This document shows positions 30,166-38,659 of a stretch of 64,000 nucleotides of DNA, in pieces. Source of the DNA: Epsilonproteobacteria bacterium UBA6211 (GTDB lineage: Bacteria > Campylobacterota > Campylobacteria > Campylobacterales > Arcobacteraceae); assembly GCA_002421845.1 (NCBI GenBank), contig DISL01000037.1, positions 17,623 through 81,622 on the forward strand, in the 5' to 3' direction. Positions within the stretch are counted from its first letter, which is position 1. Each line of letters opens with the position of its first letter. A model generated the notes under the pieces. The model was not told the origin of the DNA. It saw nothing but the letters and a program-made list of their open reading frames with translations, and searched no databases. Made by a program: the position numbers and the translations under genes.

Positions 30166-30476
30166 TCGCAACCAAAACAGTTAGTTTGGTCATAGCAGCT
30201 CTTACAAGCCGGTGCAACTTCTCCGATAGTATCAAACAAAAACTTTTTCCATCTTATATCGGCAGGTTTGATATCTGCTAAAGGTTTGAAATGTTTTGTC
30301 ATAAGCCTATTCATCTCTGCACGGCTTGGCAGTCCCAAATCCTCATATAAATGGTTTGGCATGATAGATTTTTTTGCTATTTGCTTTGCGAACTCTATTG
30401 CTTCAGATGTATCGGCAAAACTTAGAAGCAAAGCTTCTATCTGAAATTTCAACATACTATAATCATTGGCACTCAT
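30144..30476 (-). CDS. nifQ: NifQ (short form)
   Basis: NHLYEDLGLPSRAEMNRLM..HF..RWKKFL..APACKSC..CFG. Confidence 0.88.
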   Translation of the reverse strand: MSANDYSMLKFQIEALLLSFADTSEAIEFAKQIAKKSIMPNHLYEDLGLPSRAEMNRLMTKHFKPLADIKPADIRWKKFLFDTIGEVAPACKSCYDQTNCFGCEIVSRKS

Positions 30477-30494
30477 GATAAACTCTTATTGTTG

Positions 30495-30884
30495 TTATTT
30501 TTTACATCCGCATTGACAGTTGTTCATACCCTCACCTGACACAAGAAGTTCCACATAGTTGGTTTCATCAAGCATAGTAAGTGAGCTGTTTTTGAACCCT
30601 TGAAATATCTCTTCAAGAGTTAGTGATTCTTGAAAACTGGTATAAACACTCACCAAAGCCTCATCACACCCTTTATAAACACCTTCACCCATATGATAAA
30701 ATACCGTTGCATCGGCACCAACTTTTTTCAAAAAAGCACCTATTTTGGGACCTTTTGATATTTGTTCGTTTTCCACTACCTTAAAAGCTCCGCTTTGTTC
30801 ATCAAGTAGTGCAAAAAAAGGTGCATTTCCGTAAAGTTTTGAGATTGTAGTACAGTGTTGAGAGTCAAGAGGTATTGCTATCAT
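30495..30884 (-). CDS. NifB/NifX-family protein
   Basis: IAIPLD..YGNAPFF..HMGEG; start revised to ATG 30884. Confidence 0.8.
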   Translation of the reverse strand: MIAIPLDSQHCTTISKLYGNAPFFALLDEQSGAFKVVENEQISKGPKIGAFLKKVGADATVFYHMGEGVYKGCDEALVSVYTSFQESLTLEEIFQGFKNSSLTMLDETNYVELLVSGEGMNNCQCGCKK

Positions 30885-30917
30885 AAGAAATCCTTTGTGT
30901 CGATTTAGAGAAATTAA

Positions 30918-30933
30918 TGCAAATATCATTCCT
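30918..30933 (-). promoter_or_regulatory. sigma54 promoter of the nifQ operon
   Basis: AGG-AATGATATTT-GCA. Confidence 0.7.
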
Positions 30934-31011
30934 CTGAGATTAAGCAATCTTTAAAGATAACTATTTTATACTGATAAGAAATTGACTACATTTAATTAAA
31001 AAGAAGGTCTG

Positions 31012-31302
31012 ATGACAAAGTACGAAATCTTACAAACTTTAGCAGAACAAAAGTCACATATAGAAAAAGAGTTTGAAGTTAGTAAAATAGGTCTTTTTGG
31101 TAGTTATGCAAAAGATACTCAAAGACAAGATAGTGATATAGACTTTTATGTTGAATTTAAGAGAAAGACTTTTGATAATCTAGCTGGGTTGTGGGTCTAT
31201 CTGGAAAGTTTATACAATAAAAAAGTGGATATTATACATAAACACAACAACAATAATAAAGTCATAATCTCCAATATCCAAAAAGAAGTAATCTATGGAT
31301 AA
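31012..31302 (+). CDS. MNT (minimal nucleotidyltransferase) antitoxin
   Basis: IGLFGSYA..DSDIDF. Confidence 0.92.
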   Translation: MTKYEILQTLAEQKSHIEKEFEVSKIGLFGSYAKDTQRQDSDIDFYVEFKRKTFDNLAGLWVYLESLYNKKVDIIHKHNNNNKVIISNIQKEVIYG

Positions 31303-31669
31303 GGCTAATATTGAGGAATTGTTAAGTTTTATTTTAGAAAGTATTGCTCTTATAAAATCTAGATTCCAAAATATTAATTCAACTGAGGACTTTTTGGCTG
31401 ATGATAATGGGCTTATGATTTTGGATTCTATCTCAATGCGACTTCAATCAATAGGTGAAGCAATAAAAAACATAGATAAAAAAGAGCAAGATTTCTTACT
31501 CCAAGTTGCAGATAAATTTTATTGGAGTAAAATTATCAAAACTAGAGAAATATTAACACACCACTATATTGATATAGATGCAGAAACAATATTCAATATA
31601 TGTGATGAAAAACTTGATGAGCTAGAACAAAAGATTAAACAATTAGATAGTATTATCAGAAGAACTTGA
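31295..31669 (+). CDS. HEPN/HepT (DUF86) toxin
   Basis: LQSIGEA..REILTHHY. Confidence 0.9.
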   Translation: MDKANIEELLSFILESIALIKSRFQNINSTEDFLADDNGLMILDSISMRLQSIGEAIKNIDKKEQDFLLQVADKFYWSKIIKTREILTHHYIDIDAETIFNICDEKLDELEQKIKQLDSIIRRT

Positions 31670-31726
31670 CCACAATAATCCTTTGATGGTACGATATATG
31701 TATAAGTACCAAAAAGGGTCAAATCC

Positions 31727-32356
31727 ATGAAAAGCAAATATTTAAGCAGAGCAGGGTATCTAAAGTCAGTTTTGAAGTTGAGTCACTTTGATACTTTGAA
31801 ATTTGCAAAACAAGCTATGCTTTGGTGGGATGATTATTATAGTTGGAAAGATTTTCCTCCACTTTGTCTAATAAAAAACAAAAAAGTGGTATGTTATCTT
31901 TTTTATAGTATCTCCAAAAACAAAGACTACCTAACCATCCACAATCTTCTAACCCCAAAACATGCCAGAAATAAAGGCTATGCAAAAGAACTTTTGAGAG
32001 TTTTATTTGATGAATGTTTAGTAGACAACCACATCAAAAGGGTAAAAATGCTCTGTGTATCTAGTTCTTTGAAATTTTATATGAATCTTGGCATAGATTT
32101 CTGGGGTGTGAATAAACTAGGGCAATATTACACAAACTTTCCCATGCCAAAAAATATAAAAGACATCCCAAATATGATGAAAAACAACTACCTATCAACC
32201 CTAAATCAAGATGAACTAAAATCTATTTTTGACAAACTTAAAAACAACGATTTGGACTTCAACGAAAAAGAAAAAGAGATATACCAAAACAATAAACTAA
32301 TGATGAAAGATAGATATAGGTTTGATGAGCTAAAAGAAATGGTGGAGCGAAGATAG
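31727..32356 (+). CDS. GNAT family acetyltransferase
   Basis: RNKGYAKELL motif A; FYMNLG. Confidence 0.8.
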   Translation: MKSKYLSRAGYLKSVLKLSHFDTLKFAKQAMLWWDDYYSWKDFPPLCLIKNKKVVCYLFYSISKNKDYLTIHNLLTPKHARNKGYAKELLRVLFDECLVDNHIKRVKMLCVSSSLKFYMNLGIDFWGVNKLGQYYTNFPMPKNIKDIPNMMKNNYLSTLNQDELKSIFDKLKNNDLDFNEKEKEIYQNNKLMMKDRYRFDELKEMVERR

Positions 32357-32390
32357 TATAAGCTAAATTTAATATTAATTAGTTTATACT
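32355..32390. promoter_or_regulatory. Inverted-repeat operator candidate for the VapBC-type pair
   Basis: AGTATAAGCTAA..TTAGTTTATACT. Confidence 0.5.
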
Positions 32391-32420
32391 TCAAATATAA
32401 ACTAATACGAAAGGCTTGAA

Positions 32421-32648
32421 ATGACAGTCACAGCAAAAGAGCTAAGATTTAATACAAATATGCTTTTTGATGTACTTAGTAAAGGTGAAAATATAACCAT
32501 CACTTATAGAGGACAAAAAAGAGCTACAATGATACCATGTGATGAACAAAATTCTACAAAAGAACATTCTCTTTTTGGTATATGGCAAGACAACAAAGAT
32601 GATGTTGATGAGTATGTAAGAAATCTTCGAAAAAGAAGAGAATTTTAA
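32421..32648 (+). CDS. Phd/YefM antitoxin
   Basis: VTAKELR..GENITITYRG. Confidence 0.88.
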   Translation: MTVTAKELRFNTNMLFDVLSKGENITITYRGQKRATMIPCDEQNSTKEHSLFGIWQDNKDDVDEYVRNLRKRREF

Positions 32649-33037
32649 TGCTTCATAAAAGACTAGTAGATACAGATGTGCTTATATGGTATCTAAGAGG
32701 CAATAAAAAAGCTTTTGAACTTATTGATTCACTTGAAAATTTTTGTATATCTTCTGTGACATATATGGAGCTTGTTCAAGGTATGAGAAACAAAGATGAG
32801 CTTAGAAAACTACAACAAACTTTGAAGTCTTGGAATGTAAAAACCATATACATTAGCGAAGAAATATCCGCAAAAGCACTTTTTTATGTGGAAGAATATT
32901 TTTTAAGCCACTCCATGCAAGTAGCCGATGCACTTATAGCTTCAACAGCCACAACTTACGGATTAAAGTTGATTACAGCAAACGACAAACACTATAAAAT
33001 AGTAAAAGATTTGGATTTGGAGATATTTAGAGCTTAG
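32648..33037 (+). CDS. VapC/PIN toxin
   Basis: LVDTDVLI, YMELVQG, DALIASTA, TANDKHY. Confidence 0.92.
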   Translation: MLHKRLVDTDVLIWYLRGNKKAFELIDSLENFCISSVTYMELVQGMRNKDELRKLQQTLKSWNVKTIYISEEISAKALFYVEEYFLSHSMQVADALIASTATTYGLKLITANDKHYKIVKDLDLEIFRA

Positions 33038-33100
33038 TTATAGTTTTGGGTTTTATAGAGTTAAATACTATAAATAGTTACCTTGTCGGATTTTGAATCT

Positions 33101-33327
33101 GTCACTCTGAACTTGATTCAGAGTCTCTTTTATGAATTAATAAGAGAATCCAATTATTATCATTTGAATATCAGTATTAAACATACATAAAAGTTATGTA
33201 CGATGGTTATAAATGCTTTATTTAGGGTGTTCTTGAGCGTTTTGATATATGCTCTATAGTGTATATATTATTTATTTATTTTTAAGGTTATTTTACATAC
33301 AATGTGCATTGAATAAATAGTGATATC
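33101..33327 (+). mobile_element. REP plus attI-like platform, copy 2
   Basis: Begins GTCACTCTGAACTTGATTCAGAGTCTC; homologous to 33944-34165; ends AATAAATA-GTGATATC. Confidence 0.65.
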
Positions 33328-33376
33328 TGCTGTAGCGGTTACTTTAGTTTTGACAAAAGAGACAAAAGCATAGCTG

Positions 33377-33447
33377 ATATAACAAATCAGTGTAGTCAAT
33401 AAAAATTACCATGCAAGAAATTTACTGGTTCATGTTAAACGTTAAAT
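33377..33447 (+). mobile_element. attC-like site
   Basis: R'' ATATAAC..R' GTTAAAT, 71 bp, followed by AGGAG and ATG. Confidence 0.7.
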
Positions 33448-33462
33448 ATAGGAGAAATAAAT

Positions 33463-33714
33463 ATGCAAAAACACAAATTATACAGTATACTAAGTACTGG
33501 ATTAATTTTAAGCTTAACTGGTTGTGCTTTACACAATCCACAAGTTTTAAAACAAGATAATACTAGCATGACAATGAAATATTCTAAAGATAAAAAATTA
33601 GTAGCAATGACCAAAGCTGCTAATTATTGCAGATCTCAAGAAATGTATACAGTGACTCTATCATCTGAAGAAAAACAAGATGGGAAATTAATTGGTATAT
33701 GGACTTGTAAATAA
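33463..33714 (+). CDS. Cassette-borne small lipoprotein
   Basis: Lipobox LTGC; flanked by GTTAAAT (33441) and its complement ATTTAAC (33718). Confidence 0.8.
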   Translation: MQKHKLYSILSTGLILSLTGCALHNPQVLKQDNTSMTMKYSKDKKLVAMTKAANYCRSQEMYTVTLSSEEKQDGKLIGIWTCK

Positions 33715-33901
33715 AACATTTAACAACATGTTGGATTGAGATTTCAAATCAATAATCATAAGAAGATAATCGAACAGGTTTCTCCATCTCAAAAACAAGA
33801 GTTTACTAATGCAATTTATGAGTTGGGGATTTTTAGAGTTTAATCTTAGAGTTATAACCTATAAAATTAACTCTTTGAATAATTTGTTAGTATTTTAGTC
33901 T

Positions 33902-33927
33902 GTCATGCTTAATTTGATTCAGTATCT
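33902..33927 (+). repeat. REP-like palindrome
   Basis: GTCATGCTTAATTTGATTCAGTATCT. Confidence 0.55.
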
Positions 33928-33943
33928 AGATAACTCAAATACC

Positions 33944-34165
33944 GTCACTCTGAACTTGATTCAGAGTCTCTTTAATTAATCAGAAAATCAAATTATTATC
34001 ATTTTTATATTAGTATTCAACATACAAGAAATTATAGTAGGATATATAAATACCTTCTTTATGGTGTTTATAAGTATTTTGATATACGATATATTTTGTG
34101 TATGTTATTTGTTTATTTTAAGCTTGGCTTTTATATAATGAATGTTCGATAATAATTAGTTAAAG
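33944..34165 (+). mobile_element. REP plus attI-like platform, copy 3
   Basis: Identical 27-bp REP start; ends AATAATTA-GTTAAAG. Confidence 0.65.
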
Positions 34166-34189
34166 TTAATCCATTAAAGGAGATGACAT

Positions 34190-35200
34190 ATGGGGTGGAA
34201 AGGTACAGTTCGTTCTATTGGAGCTGCTGTTAGAACAGCAGAGAGGGAATCCAAGCGTCGTCAAAGGGAACTGGAAAAACGCCGAAAAGAATATGAACGT
34301 ATGCAAGAATTAGAACAAGCAGCTTATGAAGTTGAAGTGTTTGAGAATCATATAGATATAATTCAATCTTTACACAAAGAATGTAGTACTCCTATAAAAT
34401 GGAAAGAATTTTTAATCAAAGAGCAACCAATCAAGCCAGAAAAGTTAGATACTTATGAGCATAATGCTCGACAGAAAGCTGATAATTATAAACCAAGTTT
34501 TATAGATAGACTTTTTAAAAGAGAAGAAAAAATAAGGCAAAAACTCAAAGCTAATATTGAAAGTGCATTTAATAAAGATACTTTAGAACATAATGAAAAT
34601 ATTTCTAAATGGGAGCAAGAGCTTAAAGAATGGGAAAAAATTACTGCTTTAGCCAAGTCTTTACTTAATGGTGACAGGAAAGCAAAACTTGAAGTTATTG
34701 AAGACATGGCTCCTTTCTCTGAAATATCCAATCTTGGGTCGAGTTTCGTAGTTTCAATAGGAGATAGCGGAATGGTCGAAGCAACAATTCATATTCATGG
34801 AAAAGAAATTATTCCAAATGAAATTAAGGGGTTGTTACAAAGTGGTAAATTGTCTGTAAAAAAAATGCCACAAGGGAAGTTTAACGAGTTGTACCAAGAT
34901 TATGTATGTAGTTCTGCACTACGCGTAGCCAATGAGCTTTTTTCAATACTTACGGATGATTTAGTCATTGTTACAGCTGTTGATGAATTATTAAATACAA
35001 AAACTGGACATCTTGAAGAATTACCTATTTTATCTGCTTGTATATCTAGGAGTACATTAGAATCATTAAATCTAGAAGCGATTGATCCTTCTGATTCTAT
35101 GATAAACTTTGTACATAATATGTCTTTCAAAAATACAAAAGGCTTTGAACCAGTATCACGTGTAAAGCATGAGATATTTGCATATGCATCAAAGCAATAA
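34190..35200 (+). CDS. Probable cassette-borne hypothetical protein (coiled-coil N-terminus)
   Basis: AAGGAG RBS about 20 bp after GTT; YQDYVCS..LRVANELF; followed by an attC-like hairpin. Confidence 0.8.
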   Translation: MGWKGTVRSIGAAVRTAERESKRRQRELEKRRKEYERMQELEQAAYEVEVFENHIDIIQSLHKECSTPIKWKEFLIKEQPIKPEKLDTYEHNARQKADNYKPSFIDRLFKREEKIRQKLKANIESAFNKDTLEHNENISKWEQELKEWEKITALAKSLLNGDRKAKLEVIEDMAPFSEISNLGSSFVVSIGDSGMVEATIHIHGKEIIPNEIKGLLQSGKLSVKKMPQGKFNELYQDYVCSSALRVANELFSILTDDLVIVTAVDELLNTKTGHLEELPILSACISRSTLESLNLEAIDPSDSMINFVHNMSFKNTKGFEPVSRVKHEIFAYASKQ

Positions 35201-35202
35201 AT

Positions 35203-35265
35203 ACATAACAACCCAGAAAAGACCAATCAAAAACCAGTAAGAGGTTTTTTGATTGCTAGTTTTTT
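35203..35265 (+). mobile_element. Degenerate attC-like site
   Basis: ACATAAC then CAATCAAAAACC/GGTTTTTTGATTG stem; then AGGAG+ATG stub. Confidence 0.5.
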
Positions 35266-35344
35266 AATAGGAGAAGCATGAACATATATTAATTTTTCAC
35301 AACATTATTTACGAATAAAAAAATAAAACTATAAACTCATTTTC

Positions 35345-36019
35345 TCATAAACACCACTCTATCTTCTCTATCCCACAACTTCCCAAAAACTCATTTGTCC
35401 TAGAAAAAGGCTTAGAGCCAAAGAATCCACGATACGATGAAAGTGGTGAAGGGTGGGGCGATGTGATGATATGGTGTTTGGATATATCTATCAGTTTTGA
35501 TTTGGCTATGGCTGGGCTTCCCCATAGTATAAAGACTATATTTTCCCTTTTTTCGCTTATTTTTTTGATGACACTATCTGTGAATATTTCCCATCCGTGT
35601 TTTGCGTGTGAGTGTGCTTGACCTTCACGTACGCTCAAGACTGTATTGATGAGAAATACCCCCTGTTTTGCCCATGATGAGAGATTGCCACTTTTTGGCG
35701 TGGGGCATCCTATATCAGAGTTTAGTTCTTGGAATATATTTCTAAGCGACGGTGGGAAAGGTACGCCGTCAAGTACGGAAAAAGCAAGTCCATGAGCTTG
35801 ATTTGCCCCATGGTATGGGTCTTGACCTATTATTACTACTTTTACATCATCAAAGGGTGTATATGAAAAAGCATTGAACATATCCGACCCCTTTGGGTAT
35901 ATAGTGTATTTTTGTTTCTCTTCTACTAAAAACTTTTTTAATTCTATAAAGTAATCTTTTGTAAATTCATCGTGTAGTACTTCTTTCCATGATTGTTCTA
36001 TTTGTGGATTTACGGTCAT
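35345..36019 (-). CDS. ung: Uracil-DNA glycosylase
   Basis: GQDPYHG, PPSLRNI, HPSPLS. Confidence 0.97.
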   Translation of the reverse strand: MTVNPQIEQSWKEVLHDEFTKDYFIELKKFLVEEKQKYTIYPKGSDMFNAFSYTPFDDVKVVIIGQDPYHGANQAHGLAFSVLDGVPFPPSLRNIFQELNSDIGCPTPKSGNLSSWAKQGVFLINTVLSVREGQAHSHAKHGWEIFTDSVIKKISEKRENIVFILWGSPAIAKSKLIDISKHHIITSPHPSPLSSYRGFFGSKPFSRTNEFLGSCGIEKIEWCL

Positions 36020-36062
36020 TATGAGCCTTAAGTTTTTTGTTAATTATACCCAAAATAACTTA

Positions 36063-36078
36063 TGGAATATTTTTTGCA
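36063..36078 (+). promoter_or_regulatory. sigma54 promoter
   Basis: TGG-AATATTTTTT-GCA. Confidence 0.7.
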
Positions 36079-36110
36079 TTAAAGATAATAGTTTAGAAAA
36101 AGGATTTTGG

Positions 36111-36572
36111 ATGCTAATAGCAAAAAAAGAAGCACCGGCGGCAAAGGTTTATTTTGAAAACGGTGACAAAGTCGTAGGGATGATAGCTGTCAACGTTCAA
36201 CTTTTGATTTATACGGATAAGCTTGAAAGCATCAAAGGTATTTTAAGTGAGTGTGAAAATGCTTTTAAGCAAGAAAGTAAGCTTACTTGTATAGTTGTTT
36301 CCAGTGATTCATTTGATGTGATAGAAAGTTTTGTTAGCGATAATTCCATCATTAAGATTGAATTTTATAAGGATTCCCAATCGCAGTTCAAAACAAGATT
36401 TAAAATCAAAGATGAGAGTATTGGAGTGTTTTTGGTTGATAAAGAGGGGATTTTGGAGTATGTGTATTATGGTGATAGTGCATCTTTAGATACAAAAAAT
36501 ATAATCCAAAATGCAGTAGAACTAGCAAATAGAAAACAAAAAGGTCATACCCACGAAAATTGGATGATGTAG
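36111..36572 (+). CDS. AhpC/redoxin-fold protein without the catalytic motif
   Basis: IVVSSDS..VFLVDKEGILEY; C-terminal KGHTHENW; start revised. Confidence 0.65.
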   Translation: MLIAKKEAPAAKVYFENGDKVVGMIAVNVQLLIYTDKLESIKGILSECENAFKQESKLTCIVVSSDSFDVIESFVSDNSIIKIEFYKDSQSQFKTRFKIKDESIGVFLVDKEGILEYVYYGDSASLDTKNIIQNAVELANRKQKGHTHENWMM

Positions 36573-36582
36573 TGAAAAAAGC

Positions 36583-36633
36583 CGTGAGTTGTATTTTTCT
36601 TTCAAATCACGACTTACGACTCACTATTTACGA
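36583..36633. repeat. Heptamer-array element, near-copy of the reverse complement of 30091-30141
   Basis: CGTGAGTTGTATTTTTCTTTCAAATCACGACTTACGACTCACTATTTACGA. Confidence 0.8.
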
Positions 36634-36650
36634 ATAAAAAAGGAGAAAAA

Positions 36651-37028
36651 ATGTCAGTAAGAATAACAGATTTATGTATCAACTGTGATGCGTGTGTAGA
36701 TGAGTGTCCGGCAAGTGCCATAGTAAGTGCAAGTGATTCGCCGCTTGATGACGGTGATTATACGTATGTAAAACCGGAGAAATGTATAGAGTGCGTGGAT
36801 TGTACCGTACCGAAATGTGCAGATGCATGTCCGACTGAAGGGGCTATTGTTTGGGATATGCCTTATACGGCTGAATACAACGACTACTATATCTCAAAAA
36901 ATGACGGTGTAACATATATGATAAGAGAACATCCAAAAAAAGGACTTTTATCTCCACTAGCTCAACCTCGCCCTTTTAGGGAGTCCGTAGGCTTAGATAT
37001 GAGACAAGGTGACACGCCTGTAGTGTAA
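36651..37028 (+). CDS. 2[4Fe-4S] ferredoxin (FdxN-like), paralog of 19590-19973
   Basis: CINCDACVDECP; CIECVDC..PKCADACPTEGAIVWDMPYT. Confidence 0.92.
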   Translation: MSVRITDLCINCDACVDECPASAIVSASDSPLDDGDYTYVKPEKCIECVDCTVPKCADACPTEGAIVWDMPYTAEYNDYYISKNDGVTYMIREHPKKGLLSPLAQPRPFRESVGLDMRQGDTPVV

Positions 37029-37043
37029 GGAACACTATATGCA
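37028..37043 (+). promoter_or_regulatory. sigma54 promoter of nifB-nifE
   Basis: AGG-AACACTATAT-GCA. Confidence 0.7.
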
Positions 37044-37060
37044 AAATTTATAAAATACAA

Positions 37061-37134
37061 GTAATTGGTTTAGTGGTTATTGGTAATTGGGCAAGATAGA
37101 ACTAATACACCAATATACTAATACACCAATACAC
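37061..37134. repeat. Inverted 7/8-mer arrays before the nifB RBS
   Basis: gtaattg gtttagt ggttatt ggtaattgg .. ctaataca ccaatata ctaataca ccaataca. Confidence 0.75.
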
Positions 37135-37148
37135 AAAAAGGATATTAA

Positions 37149-38597
37149 ATGAGTTGTTCATGTACACCTGGGTTTGACCCAAATGATATAAAACAAGACG
37201 TTTTAGAAAAGATAAACAACCACCCATGTTATAGCCAAGAGGCTCATCAGCACTATGCAAGGATTCATGTTCCTGTAGCTCCTGCTTGTAATATTCAATG
37301 CAACTATTGCAACAGAAAATACGACTGCTCAAACGAGTCAAGACCTGGCGTTACAAGCGGTAGGCTAAAACCTATGGAGGCTTTGAAAAAAGTTCTATAT
37401 GTTGGTGGAAATATCAAACAACTCTCTGTTGTAGGTATTGCAGGACCTGGTGATGCTCTTGCAAACCCTGCAAAAACATTTGAAACATTTGCTTTGATGC
37501 AAGAATACGCACCTGATTTGAAACTATGTCTTTCTACAAACGGGCTAAGACTGCCTGAATATATAGAAGAGATCAAAAAATACAATGTTGACCACGTAAC
37601 TGTAACTATAAATACCGTAGATGAAACAGGTGAAATAGGCTCACTTATATACCCTTGGGTACACTGGGAACACAAAAAAATCAAAGGGGCTGAAGGTGCT
37701 AAACTTCTCCTTAGTAAACAACTTGAAGGGATAAGACTTCTAGTGGAAAACGGTATTTTGGTTAAGGCAAACTCTGTTTTGATACCTGGTGTAAACGACC
37801 AAGACCTACCAAATGTAGCAAAAAAACTAAAAGAGATGAATGTATTTTTACACAATATTATGCCACTTATTTCATCTCCTGAATTTGGTACGAAGTTTGG
37901 ACTAGACGGTGTGCCGAGTGCCACAGATGAGCAAGTAATGGCAGCTCAAGATGCTTGCGGTATGGATATGACTTTGATGAGACACTGTCGCCAATGTAGG
38001 GCTGATGCGGTTGGACTTATCGGAGAGGATAGGGGAGATGAGTTTACCAAAGAGGTATTTATGGATTATGAACTCCCAAAACTTCAAGAGATTTATGACC
38101 TAGATGGTAGAAAAAAAGCGTTTGAGAGGATAGAGCTTTGGCGAGGAGCTTTGAGTGAAGCAAACCAAAAAATCAAAAAAGAACAAGCGACCAAATCGGA
38201 ACTTAGCTCAAACGGCATCACAAAACTAGTAGCAGTGACAAGCAAAGGCGAGGGTGTGATAAATATCCACTTTGGAAGTGCAAATGAGTTTTTGATATAT
38301 GAAGCAGGAGATTTGGGGATTAAATTTGTTATGCACCGCCGTGTGGCATCTGCTTATTGTCAAGGAAGTGAAGGGTGTGACGGAAGCTATCCTATAGAAG
38401 AGATAAAAGAGTCTTTGAAAGATTGTGATTTGCTTTTGACGGAAAAAATAGGAAGCTGTCCTATGGGTGAACTACAAAGTATCAACCTAATTTGTGATGA
38501 GTCTTACTCTTTACAACCTATTGAAAAATCTGTTTTTGAAGCGGTTAAGAAGTATTTTTATACGACAGATAAAGAAGCAGTAATTGGTAATTGGTAG
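37149..38597 (+). CDS. nifB: FeMo-co biosynthesis radical SAM protein with NifX-like C-domain
   Basis: HPCYS, CNIQCNYC, ESRPG, AGPGD, CRQCRADA. Confidence 0.98.
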   Translation: MSCSCTPGFDPNDIKQDVLEKINNHPCYSQEAHQHYARIHVPVAPACNIQCNYCNRKYDCSNESRPGVTSGRLKPMEALKKVLYVGGNIKQLSVVGIAGPGDALANPAKTFETFALMQEYAPDLKLCLSTNGLRLPEYIEEIKKYNVDHVTVTINTVDETGEIGSLIYPWVHWEHKKIKGAEGAKLLLSKQLEGIRLLVENGILVKANSVLIPGVNDQDLPNVAKKLKEMNVFLHNIMPLISSPEFGTKFGLDGVPSATDEQVMAAQDACGMDMTLMRHCRQCRADAVGLIGEDRGDEFTKEVFMDYELPKLQEIYDLDGRKKAFERIELWRGALSEANQKIKKEQATKSELSSNGITKLVAVTSKGEGVINIHFGSANEFLIYEAGDLGIKFVMHRRVASAYCQGSEGCDGSYPIEEIKESLKDCDLLLTEKIGSCPMGELQSINLICDESYSLQPIEKSVFEAVKKYFYTTDKEAVIGNW

Positions 38598-38646
38598 AAT
38601 CCAAATGATAACAACTCTTACTAATATACTAATATACCAATACACA
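38580..38646. repeat. Inverted 7/8-mer arrays before the nifE RBS
   Basis: gtaattg gtaattg .. ctaatata ctaatata ccaataca. Confidence 0.7.
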
Positions 38647-38659
38647 AAAAGGTATTCAA

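Noticed and set aside
37304..37924. 206-aa antisense ORF, and the many similar shadow ORFs in the track
   Set aside because: Fully antisense to well-supported genes such as nifB; explained by codon bias.
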